A stretch of DNA of 64,000 bases from Balanoglossus misakiensis (Eukaryota; Animalia; Hemichordata). Positions 51,703 to 62,624 of this stretch are shown in pieces (the stretch's first letter is position 1; every line of letters begins with the position of its first letter). A program made the translations under genes and the position numbers. The stretch spans positions 7,820,232 to 7,884,231 of the forward strand of contig CM082589.2 of the NCBI GenBank assembly GCA_040954595.2, in the 5' to 3' direction. Under the pieces are notes generated by a model. The model was given only the letters and a program-made list of their open reading frames with translations. It searched no databases and was not told the origin of the DNA.

Positions 51703-54215
51703 CGCGAATTTTCAAAATTTGGTGATTTTTTGATAAGAACCATGGGTTATAGCTCATGAAAATCGACCAGAAACCTCAATTTTTCGACTTCGCGACTTTT
51801 CAAAATTTGGTGATTTTTTGATAAAAACCATCGGTTATAGCTCATGAAAATCGTCCAGAAACCTCAATTTTTCGACTTCGCGACTTTTCAAAATTTGGTG
51901 ATTTTTTGATAAAAACCATGGGTTATAGCTCATGAAAATCGTCCAGAAACCTCAATTTTTCGACTTCGCGAATTTTCAAAATTTGGTGATTTTTTGATAA
52001 AAAACCATGGGTTATAGCTCATGAAAATCGTCCAGAAACCTCAATTTTTCGACTTCGCGAATTTTCAAAATTTAGTGTTTTTTTGAAAAAAACCATGGGT
52101 TATAGCTCATGAAAATCGTCCAGAAACCTCAATTTTTCGACTTCGCGAATTTTCAAAATTTGGTGATTTTTTGATAAAAACCATGGGTTATAGCTCATGA
52201 AAATCGTCCAGAAACCTCAATTTTTCGACTTCGCGAATTTTCAAAATTTGGTGATTTTTTGATAAAAACCATGGGATATAGCTCATGAAAATCGTCCAGA
52301 AACCTCAATTTTTCGACTTCGCGAATTTTCAAAATTTGGTGATTTTTTGATAAAAACCATGGGTTATAGCTCATGAAAATCGTCCAGAAACCTCAATTTT
52401 TCGACTTTGCGAATTTTCAAAATTTGGTGATTTTTTGATAAAAACCATGGGTTATAGCTCATGAAAATCGTCCAGAAACCTCAATTTTTCGACTTCGCGA
52501 ATTTTCAAAATTTGGTGATTTTTTGATAAAAACCATGGGTTATAGCTCATGAAAATCGTCCAGAAACCTCAATTTTTCGACTTCGCGAATTTTCAAAATT
52601 TGGTGATTTTTTGATAAAAACCATGGGTTATAGCTCATGAAAATCGTCCAGAAATCTCAATTTTTCGACTTCGCGAATTTTCAAAATTTGGTGATTTTTT
52701 GATAAAAACCATGGGTTATAGCTCATGAAAATCGTCCAGAAACCTCAATTTTTCGACTTCGCGAATTTTCAAAATTTGGTGATTTTTTGATAAAAACCAT
52801 GGGTTATGACTCATGAAAATCGACCAGAAACCTCAATTTTTCGACTTCGCGAATTTTCAAAATTTGGTGATTTTTTGATAAAAACCATGGGTTATAGCTC
52901 ATGAAAATCGTCCAGAAACCTCAATTTTTCGACCTCGCGAATTTTCAAAATTTGGTGATTTTTTGATAAAAACCATGGGTTATAGCTCATGAAAATCGTC
53001 CAGAAACCTCAATTTTTCGACTTCGCGAATTTTCAAAATTTGGTGATTTTTTGATAAAAACCATGGGTTATAGCTCATGAAAATCGTCCAGAAACCTCAA
53101 TTTTTCGACTTCGCGAATTTTCAAAATTTGGTGATTTTTTGATAAAAACCATGGGTTATAGCTCATGAAAATCGTCCAGAAACCTCAATTTTTCGACTTC
53201 GCGAATTTTCAAAATTTGGTGATTTTTTGATAAAAACCATGGGTTATAGCTCATGAAAATCGTCCAGAAACCTCAATTTTTCGACTTCGCGAATTTTCAA
53301 AATTTGGTGATTTTTTTAAAAAAACCATGGGTTATAGCTCATGAAAATCGTCCAGAAACCTCAATTTTTCGACTTCGCGAATTTTCAAAATTTGGTCATT
53401 TTTTGTTAAAAACCATGGGTTATAGCTCATGAAAATCGTCCAGAAACCTCAATTTTTCGACTTCGCGAATTTTCAAAATTTGGTGATTTTTTGATAAAAA
53501 CCATGGGTTATAGCTCATGAAAATCGTCCAGAAACCTCAATTTTTCGACTTCGCGAATTTTCAAAATTTGGTGATTTTTTGATAAAAACCATGGGTTATA
53601 GCTCATGAAAATCGTCCAGAAACCTCAATTTTTCGACTTCGCGAATTTTCAAAATTTGGTGATTTTTTGATAAAAACCATGGGTTATAGCTCATGAAAAT
53701 CGTCCAGAAACCTCAATTTTTCGACTTTGCGAATTTTCAAAATTTGGTGATTTTTTGATAAAAACCATGGGTTATAGCTCATGAAAATCGTCCAGAAACC
53801 TCAATTTTTCGACTTTGCGCGAATTTTCAAAATTTGGTGATTTTTTGATAAAAACCATGGGTTATAGCTCATGAAAATCGTCCAGAAACCTCAATTTTTC
53901 GACTTCGCGAATTTTCAAAATTTGGTGATTTTTTGATAAAAACCATGGGTTATAGCTCATGAAAATCGTCCAGAAACCTCAATTTTTCGACTTCGCGAAT
54001 TTTCAAAATTTGGTGATTTTTTGATAAAAACCATGGGTTATAGCTCATGAAAATCGTCCAGAAACCTCAATTTTTCGACTTCGCGAATTTTCAAAATTTG
54101 GTGATTTTTTGATAAAAACCATGGGTTATAGCTCATGAAAATCGTCCAGAAACCTCAATTTTTCGACTTCGCGAATTTTCAAAATTTGGTGATTTTTTGA
54201 TAAAAACCATGTGTT
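51703..54215 (-). repeat. 88-bp satellite, inverted block, ~28 monomers
   Basis: Reverse complement of the same monomer after junction ccatggtttt|cgcgaatttt. Confidence 0.98.
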
Positions 54216-54400
54216 CCGTATTCAGACTTGCCCAAGTGAACCGCGACAAAAAAATGACCAAGTTTCCCTGCATGTTTCTTATACCCGACAGATAAAAAAC
54301 GCAGCGTAGATATTGAAATGAATTGGATTTATGAAAATGATAAAAATTACAATGATAATGTCGTTAAAAGTTCTCACAAAAAAAAAGAAATAGAAAAAAA

Positions 54401-54473
54401 GTGGTCTCGAACCAACATCAGTTGACGCTTTCAGGTAAAAGGCTAGCCTTCCTGAACCCTTCGCCATCACGAC
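54401..54473 (-). ncRNA. tRNA-like Pol III unit (A box, B box, T-run), copy 1
   Basis: Minus strand GTCGTGA-TGGCGAAGGG...GGTTCGAGACC-AC-TTTTTTT; no 3' acceptor strand, so not a canonical tRNA. Confidence 0.5.
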
Positions 54474-54901
54474 GTGTACTTCAAAAAGTAGAAATTTTCC
54501 GCACTTTATTGCAGCATTACTCGAATGATCTTATTTGCACCGCAGCGGTGCAAATAAGAGTTCCCTGCACCGCAACGATCTGACCGTTCTTAATTCACTC
54601 CTCAGCGACAGAAACGTTTTATTACGGCCTAAATAACGACTTTTTCGCTCCTTGGTTGGTCATGCGGTCGGAAAGACACGGTTTTAGTGAGTTTATCTTT
54701 CTCTCTGCTGAGCACTCCGTATTCAGACTTGCCCAAGTGAACCGCGACAAAAAAATGACCAAGTTTCCCTGCATGTTTCTTATACCCGACAGATAAAAAA
54801 CGCAGCGTAGATATTGAAATGAATTGGATTTATGAAAATGATAAAAATTACAATAATAATGTCGTTAAAAGTTCTCACAAAAAAAAGAAATAGAAAAAAA
54901 A

Positions 54902-54974
54902 GTGGTCTCGAACCAACATCAGTTGACACCTTCAGGTAAAAGGCTAGCCTTCCTAAACCCTTCGCCATCACGAT
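54902..54974 (-). ncRNA. tRNA-like Pol III unit, copy 2
   Basis: Same A/B boxes and T-run in the second 501-bp unit. Confidence 0.5.
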
Positions 54975-55345
54975 GTGAACTCGAAAAAGTCGGAAATTTT
55001 CCGCACTATATTGCAGCATAACTCCAATGACCTTATTTGCACCGCAGCGGTGCAAATTCTTATTTGCACCGCAGCGGTGCAAATAAGAGTTCCCTGCACC
55101 GCAACGATCTGACCGTTCTTAATTCACTCCTCAGCGACAAAAACGTTTTATTACGGCCTAAATAACGACTTTTTCGCTCCTTGGTTGGTCATGCGGTCGG
55201 AAAGACACGGTTTTAGCGAGTTTATCTTTCTCTCTGCTGAGCACTCCGTATTCAGACTTGCCCAAGTGAACCGCGACAAAAAAATGACCAAGTTTCCCTG
55301 CATGTTTCTTATACCCGACAGATAAAAAAACGCAGCGTAGATATT

Positions 55346-56012
55346 ATACTATATATTTATTAACATACTGTAGGCCACCGGCCCATAGGTATACATCATA
55401 TAATTAAGTTACATCTGTGAAGACGCTGTTTACATGTAGTTATTACACAACATTTGCCGGTATTGAACCTGGTATTGCATTATGACGTTTCCTTGTGGAA
55501 AACAATATAAACTTTGATAGATTCTGTATAATGGAAGCATTTTCGGATTGCAAAAGTTTGACAAATTTATCAATGGACGGTAATGTATAGAAATATTTTG
55601 GAATATACTTGGCTCTCAAATCTGTATAAAATGGACATATCAGGCAAAAATGAAATTCACCTTCTATATTATTTGTGTTACAATAGAGACAAATTCTCTC
55701 AGCACGTTGATTATGTAGATGTCTGTCTGATTCTATTCTCAAGGTATGTGCAGAGACACGAAAGCGACACAAGGCATTCCGAAATTTCGCTTCCTGTAGG
55801 ACTGAAAAATATCTCTCTCTACCAAATGAACTCTTAAATTGGCAATAGGAATCTAATTTGGGGAAAGCACTCATGATGACGTGCCATTCTTGAATGTACA
55901 TACAGTGAAACAGTTACTTTTTTCTCTTGGAATGGGTGAAGCTTGGCTGAGCCAAGGGGTTGGGAATGTTAATGTATTTTTGAGTTTGTTTAAGCAGCGT
56001 TGTCAAGATATA
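55346..56012 (-). mobile_element. 5'-truncated, 5'-inverted non-LTR retrotransposon fragment (ORF2 C-terminus with CCHC motif plus 3'UTR)
   Basis: RFRVSAHTLRIE..R...ERICLYC...IE.EFHF.LICPFY in ORF 55443..55901(-); AATAAA near the 3' end; upstream ORF2 segment on + at 55902-56012. Confidence 0.85.
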
Positions 56013-56652
56013 TACCGTAGTTGCCCGGGTAAGAACCCCTGCTCGCTCGGACAAACGCCCCCCCCCCCCTGGTTTTAGGGCCCATTTGTAGATCGAGGCC
56101 ATATCCGGTCTAAAGCCCCACCCCCCCCCCACCCCCCCGGCCGAATATCCATTAAATTCTTGGAAATTTAATAAAGTGCAATACAAAAAAGGCGGATTTT
56201 CATCCCCAAAGTCACTAAAAGTGAAAAAAAAAATGTATGATGATTTACTTTCGCGCTGATTATCGTACCCACCGCGGCCGACTGGCCACGCTGAGTTATA
56301 TATAGCCGCTCTAGAAAACATGACCTCAGACAGGTCCCTCGGGACCGTGCCTCGAATTCAACGATCACGTAGATGGACGCGCTGCCGCTTATGAGGTCAC
56401 CGGGGAGTTTTCCAAAGCGGCCGCGTGGAGCTGCTTCAGTCCGTCCTCGACGCGAAACACCCAACATTGGAAGATCCCGACTTGGACTCGGAGAATGAAC
56501 CACTCAAAAATTTGCATAAAAGTCGAGGTGGCCATCCCTCATTTGCATAAATCTCGAGGCCATATCCGGGCTAAAGCACCCCCCCCCCCCCCCCGTTTTT
56601 TCGCTAATCTGTTGGCCCAGCACCCGGGGCTCTTACCCGGGCAACTACGGTA
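56013..56652. mobile_element. TA-flanked non-autonomous DNA transposon (pogo/Tigger-like MITE)
   Basis: TIRs ta-ccgtagttgcccgggtaaga...tcttacccgggcaactacgg-ta. Confidence 0.88.
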
Positions 56653-56740
56653 AATAGGCATTTTCATGAATAGCCGAGGTTCTCACTGAAAAATCGTGGT
56701 TCTTACGTTATACTCCCTACAAAGTAAAAAAAATGTCAAT
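56653..56740 (+). repeat. Remnant of the 190-bp repeat unit
   Basis: aataggcattttcatg..gccgaggttct..aaaaatcgtggttcttacgttatac matches 32624-32708. Confidence 0.88.
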
Positions 56741-57129
56741 TAGCAGTAAAAGTCCAACTTTTCCTGCTAGAAACGTTGTATCAAACTAATAAAATTATTG
56801 AAAATATATGCTACTGGCATGTATTTCATAAATCTCTCCCTCTATGTGTATCTCGGCACTTGAGGGGCTGTGTACAAGCGAAGTGTTTGAATGTGAAAAC
56901 AAAGGCTGGTTGCCTGATTACACGCTAGAGGGCTCCCTATCTAAAAACTTTTAGTGTAGCGACTGTGCGGCACTTCTACCATATACATGATATATGGTAG
57001 CATTTCTACCATATATGGTAGCAGTGCCAAAGGTCATCCATTTCATAACACATGTGCCCCGTACCGTAAAGGTCAGTTTAGCATACTATCTGCTTTGTTT
57101 ATATATGATAAATTAAGGCACCCAACACA

Positions 57130-57198
57130 CATGACGCAACCACAGTGTTCAGATGCGAGGAGTTCTTTCCAAGAAGAAGTCTACTGAAGTTGAGGACG
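57130..57198 (+). other. Probable non-coding 5' exon of the Kelch gene (start approximate)
   Basis: acg|gtaagt donor at 57199 could pair with the strong acceptor ending 58522. Confidence 0.4.
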
Positions 57199-58550
57199 GT
57201 AAGTTAAAAGTTATGTCTTTATACCACGGTTAATTCACACAGAGGCTGATCGATGATCGTGTTTGTACACATATCAAGTCAGCGCACAGCTCACTTGGGA
57301 TCGACCTCCTATTGTTTTAATACAGAATTTTCAATTTCCACGGGATAGCAAGCCGATCCCGACCCCGGCATAATTTAATTATCTTAGAGACAAGCGGTGC
57401 AACTGTTAGCTGCAGTTCAGTAGCTCGATTTTTTGCCTGGGTTGAGGTTTGCGACTCTAACCTAGGCAATTAGGTCATGGTCATTCCAGTAGCTAGTAGC
57501 AGCACCGGCTGCAATCATTTTTTTGCGATAAAAGAGCCAAAGGGGCAATTGTCATGATAAAGTTCAGTAAAGTTGCTATTTTATCCAGATTTAAATTCCA
57601 TGCTGCCCTGATCAATGAACACACTTGCAATGTGTACAGAGCTACAAGTCTGCCTATTGTTTTCTGTTCTGGGTCATGTGTTTTTATGTACTTAGTGCTC
57701 AGTGGGTAGGCAGCCTAGGTCAGTTTGCACCAAGGCAAGCATAGGAGATAACCCACAGGCCACTTGGGGCCATGATATGATTAAATCATATGTATACAAG
57801 TACGTCACATTCAAACTAATGCTACACTGAAATTTGATACATTATAAGGATAAGTCCTGCAGCCATTCATGGTGTATATAACTCCTCCAGGCCAGGAATG
57901 GTATAGATATCATCTCATAGGTTTGTCCATGGTAAGAACCATACCTCCATGTAAGAACTTAGATATGCAGTATTGACCAATTTGCATAAGAATGCAATGG
58001 TTTGTACATGTGATAAATGAGTTTGTTTTTTTCCTAAAACTAAATTGTACCTAGGCTCATAGGGGTCATTGTACTGAGGATAGAACATGTGTATTACAAC
58101 TTAACTACTGTATATGGGGTTCATACAGGAACCATTAAGACATTTGTGAAATCTCTCCGGTCAAATACTGGCGTAAAATTATTATGTGTGAATGGTTTAA
58201 GTGGTCCTGAAATGTCTCAGATTTGAGACGGCTTTGCTGGCCAGACCTGAGCTGGTGTAAGGATTAACACCTCTCTGCAACCCATTGTCTATGGGGCCGA
58301 GCCTCAGCGCCTATACACAAACTTTGTGTGTGTGGACACAAGCCACTCAAAGGATTTATAGTGCTCGTGTATGCTGGAATCTTCCTAAGACATTCATGGT
58401 CAAGCAGACAAAGTTATTTCAGTGTGTGTTTCAAATACATGTAACAGAAGTTACGTGCTATAATGGCCCCCATCCTGATATGAATTGGTGTTTAATAAAA
58501 TATTCTTTTTTTTCTGTTTCAGAAATTAAACCTTTGTACCGATTGTTACT

Positions 58551-60431
58551 ATGGCAGCAGGGAGAGGTCTAGTCACCATGGCAACATTTCCATTACATCA
58601 GATTCCGGTGGCCCACATCGGTCATGTCAAAGCGGCACCCGTGGAGGAGTCCAATCTGCAGATGTTCCGAGTGGTCGGAGATGGTCACGATTTGGAATTC
58701 ACGTCCGCGTCGCACCCGACTCTCCTGATGCAAGGAATGGACGAGTTGCGACAGGAGAACCAGTTCACGGACATCACTCTCCACGTCCGCGGCCACGCCT
58801 TCTACGGACACCGCGCGGTGCTGGCCTCCAGCAGCGCCTACTTCCGCGCCATGTTCACCGGCGCCATGAAGGAGAGCAAGTACGAGGAGATCACGCTGAA
58901 CGAGGTGGACCCGCGCGTCATGGAGATCCTGCTGGACTACATCTACACCGGGAAGATCGTCCTGACCGATGGCAACGTGCAGGATCTGATGCAGGTCTCC
59001 AGTCTCTTCCAGGTGTTTGCGGTGCGCGATGCCTGCGCCGCATATTTGCAGAGGCAGCTCCATCCGTCCAATTGCCTGGGGTTTCAACGCTTCGCCGACA
59101 ATCATGCCTGTTTTGAGCTGTCGACCGCTGCCAAGGAGTTCTCGCACACCTATATTGAAGAGGTCAGCCACAACGAAGAATTCCTCATGCTGACTAAAGA
59201 TGCACTGCTCGAATTTATCAGCGCTGATGACATCATCATTAGCGAAGAAATTCTGTACGAGGCTGTCTTGCGCTGGGCCAGACAGGATGTTCAAGGCAGA
59301 GCCAAGGATCTGTGCGATATCTTACCACAGATCAATTTCTCTAAAATGGACACAAAGTATTTTGAAGAGAAAGTGATGTCAGATCCACTAATAGTCCAGC
59401 TTGCCTCGTGGCAGGACGTGATCCGACTGAAGCAAAACGGCCCGCATCGAGCCCAGGAGGTCATTCTCTTGTTGAGTGGGAAAACCGGCCGCCCTAATCT
59501 GCCAATGCAGTTCAATCATGATGTCTTCAGTTTCAATCCACAAACCCAAGTGACGACCGTTCTGTGTCGAGATCCAGAACGGGAAGCCAATAGTTTCTAC
59601 GACAGCATCGCCACGGCAGCTAAGGCCGGTGATGAGGTCGTCTTCGTGCGTGCCAACAACACGTGGTTGTTCAACATGAAAACTCTCCAGTGGAGGAAAG
59701 TGGCATCGTCGCTGCGAGGCACCTACCGTTCAGAGACCAGCTCTGTCGAGGTCGGCGGGTATGTCTATGTGCTGGGTGGACACTCCATCGAGTTCAACCG
59801 AGAGGTTGCGTTCGCCGAGCGCTACAACCCGCAGAAGAACGTGTGGGAAGTTGTTTCGCCGATGATCAGAGCGGCCAGAGGGGCTGCAGTGGCCTCGTGT
59901 AACGGGAAGATCTTTGTCATGGGTGGACACACGGAGGTCGGCAACATTTCTGATACACAGTGCTACAACCCGGCAACCAACATGTGGAGATTGCTGGCTT
60001 CGGTTCCCATAGCAACCAGCGGTGCCACCGCCATCACCCTGAACAACCAGATCTATCTGGTCGGCGTCAAAAACCCATCCACCTCTCACGACAACCCGTT
60101 CCCGATCTACAACCACGTCTTCCGCTACGACGTCGCCACGGATACATGGCAACAAGTGGCCAGTATGACCGAGGGACACCGACGGTGTGCGGCTGTTATC
60201 TGCAGTGGTCGAATACACGTGCTCGGGGGAACGCGCCGCGATTTCATGAGCGGGAACATGCAGTGGGTAACATTGGTGGAGGTGTACGATCCCAATGAAG
60301 ACAGCTGGCATCCCAACGGTCGATTGACTCACCCAGTGTTTTGTCATTCTGGGATGGTGTTCACCACAAAGCAAGAAGAAACAGAAGATGGCGACCAGGA
60401 GGATAGCACTGAAGATGTGGTACAATCCTAA
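58551..60431 (+). CDS. Kelch-like protein (BTB-BACK-Kelch, putative CUL3 substrate adaptor), intronless CDS; start may be 58578
   Basis: 626-aa ORF; BTB (FTDITL..HRAVLASSSAYFRAMF), BACK (NCLG..E..LYEAVLRW), Kelch repeats (YVLGG..YNP..W); gtcaccATGg at 58578; acceptor at 58521-22. Confidence 0.96.
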   Translation: MAAGRGLVTMATFPLHQIPVAHIGHVKAAPVEESNLQMFRVVGDGHDLEFTSASHPTLLMQGMDELRQENQFTDITLHVRGHAFYGHRAVLASSSAYFRAMFTGAMKESKYEEITLNEVDPRVMEILLDYIYTGKIVLTDGNVQDLMQVSSLFQVFAVRDACAAYLQRQLHPSNCLGFQRFADNHACFELSTAAKEFSHTYIEEVSHNEEFLMLTKDALLEFISADDIIISEEILYEAVLRWARQDVQGRAKDLCDILPQINFSKMDTKYFEEKVMSDPLIVQLASWQDVIRLKQNGPHRAQEVILLLSGKTGRPNLPMQFNHDVFSFNPQTQVTTVLCRDPEREANSFYDSIATAAKAGDEVVFVRANNTWLFNMKTLQWRKVASSLRGTYRSETSSVEVGGYVYVLGGHSIEFNREVAFAERYNPQKNVWEVVSPMIRAARGAAVASCNGKIFVMGGHTEVGNISDTQCYNPATNMWRLLASVPIATSGATAITLNNQIYLVGVKNPSTSHDNPFPIYNHVFRYDVATDTWQQVASMTEGHRRCAAVICSGRIHVLGGTRRDFMSGNMQWVTLVEVYDPNEDSWHPNGRLTHPVFCHSGMVFTTKQEETEDGDQEDSTEDVVQS

Positions 60432-60524
60432 AAAAATCAAGGCTTGAAAAAATACAGATTCCCTATGAGGAAATAGAACAATAATTAAAATGAAAACAAG
60501 ATTCAGTACTTACATAATGATAGT

Positions 60525-60878
60525 TTAAAGGGACAGTCTCTTTCTCTCTGCCCTTTTTCCATTAATTTTGTTTGATACAAAACACTGTTTATTTTATTCT
60601 ACATGTGGATATATAATGAATCAACGTTCGACCACACACAACTTCCATCCCACTTGTAGTCACAAGAGTGAAAAACTCGCCAAAATGAATAATTTGTGTT
60701 TACCATTTATTCATTTAGGGCAAAATTTTTACTCTCATATCCTACAAATGGGATGGAAGTTGCGTGTGGTTGAACGTTGATTCACTACATATACACATGT
60801 ACATTAACATAAACGGTGTCTTGTATCAAACATAATTAATGGAAAAAGGGCACCGAGAGAGAGACTTTGTCCCTTTAA
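60525..60878. mobile_element. MITE family A, 94 bp after the Kelch stop
   Basis: TIRs and TTAA. Confidence 0.9.
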
Positions 60879-62228
60879 AGCTCCATTAGCTGCCATTTTC
60901 ACCATATTTTGTAAATGATAAAATATTTTACTCCTCTTATCCTCAGTGGACAAACAACACTATTTTGACTTTGTGGGGATTTGAATATTCATGTGCACAT
61001 ACCACGATAATTGTGTACTCTTCCAATGGGCAGTTGAATAAATGGGTGTGGCACCCATTTATTATTTACATTGTAACTTGTTCATGAATGCATGCACAAC
61101 CGCAATCTGAGGTTCAAACTATGTTTGTGTATATGCACCAGTTAGCTCATATAAATGGACCATCAAATAAGAAAATCACGACAATAACTCAAAAATTGGC
61201 AGCTATTGGGACCAAAGTCTTCTGAAAACTATTTAGCTTACATCTTTTTCATTTTCTTACAGAACTTTGTTGGCACCCAATATGTGTCGATTGCATTGTG
61301 TTTACATCCAAATTCTTTTCAGTTTTAGCTGTGGAACTATGCAAGGAGTCAGAATCACACACCAATTTTCTCAACCACACAGATCCATTAATGTTTATTT
61401 TAGCATGATCATTGGACGTATCACAAAGCCATAATATAAGCCTAAAATATAATTGATGAAAGATTAGAAAACAAGACAACTTACTGGCTCAACAACACAC
61501 TCAGGGAGTGCAAGTAAGGCAAAATTTACACAACTCAACTGGACAAAGCTGCTGTTGGGGGAGGAACTATAGTACTAGAAACATATTTACCTTGTTAATT
61601 TTGTTTACATGTTGCTGGTCATGTTATCGAGCCATCTTGGTAATTGGGTTAGCCAGCTGACATCTCTGAATGCAAAGATTTGTAAAGTTTCACTGCATGG
61701 GTTAGATTTCTAGAAACAATGTATTCATTGTTATTTTACAACTTATTAGTCATTCTAAAGCTTTCAAAATTGCAGATTTTGTAAAAGTGGAATTGAGAAT
61801 AAAATTCACATTATTATCATTGGCTGCTTCCATGTTTGTTAATTCAGAAAGTACACATTTTTAAATGCTATAGGATTAATTTCTTTCCTGATCTGATGGA
61901 TTTGTTATACTGGAATATCTGTACAGTCCTAGAAACCAGACAAAGAAGTTTGATTCATGAATTTGATGCAGTGGAAGAAATGTTCAGAAATTATTGAGCG
62001 ATTCAAGATATTATTCGTATTTTATAGAGCTGCTAGTAGCCGTTCATAGCTTGCTAAAAGCTGGCTTGCAGGTAACCAGCAACAAGTGATAGATAGGCAT
62101 CTACTCCAAAGCCAACTCAGTTGATTTTTTTATTGCTTTTCCAAATTTAATGCTTGCTGTAGTAGCAAATTTTTTTTCGCTGGGGGCACAATTGATATTG
62201 TGACCTTTCTAGTATGTATGCTATACAG

Positions 62229-62624
62229 TTAAAGGGACAAAGTCTCTCTCGCTGCTCTTTTTCCAGTAATTATGTTTGATACAAGACACCGTTTATGTTA
62301 TTCTACATGTGGATATATAGTAAATCAACGTTAAACCACACACAACTTCCTTCCAGTTTGAAGGATATGAGGGTAAAAATCTTGCTAAAATGAATAAATG
62401 GTAAACACCGATTATTTATTTTGGCAAGTTTTTTACTCTCGTGTCTACAAGTGGGAAGGAAGTTGTGTGTGGTTGAACATTGATTCACTATATATCCACA
62501 TGTAGAATAACATAAACAGTGTATTGTATCAAACATAATTACTGGAAAAAGGGCAGCGAGAGAGACTTTGTCCGATAGAATATTGCACTGTGGTTGGTCT
62601 GTTCTATTGACTTTGTCCCTTTAA
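62229..62624. mobile_element. MITE family A with a 37-bp insertion in the right TIR
   Basis: TIRs and TTAA; duplicated actttgtc. Confidence 0.9.

Larger units (their letters stand above)
54215..55345. repeat. ~501-bp tandem repeat, 2.2 copies
   Basis: tccgtattcagacttgccc at 54215, 54716, 55245. Confidence 0.95.

Noticed and set aside
33559-54215. CRISPR array
   Set aside because: Contiguous near-identical monomers with no unique spacers, no cas genes, eukaryotic context
54401-54473. Functional canonical tRNA
   Set aside because: No 3' acceptor-stem strand and no proper 7-nt anticodon loop; kept only as tRNA-like
58593-60440. Long antisense and alternate-frame ORFs over the Kelch gene
   Set aside because: Expected shadows of a GC3-rich CDS; no recognisable motifs
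8088-62536. Mutually similar short ORFs (MFDT.HCL..STCGYI.NQ..., at 8088, 11442, 24708, 60568, 62303)
   Set aside because: Translations of MITE family A copies, not a gene family
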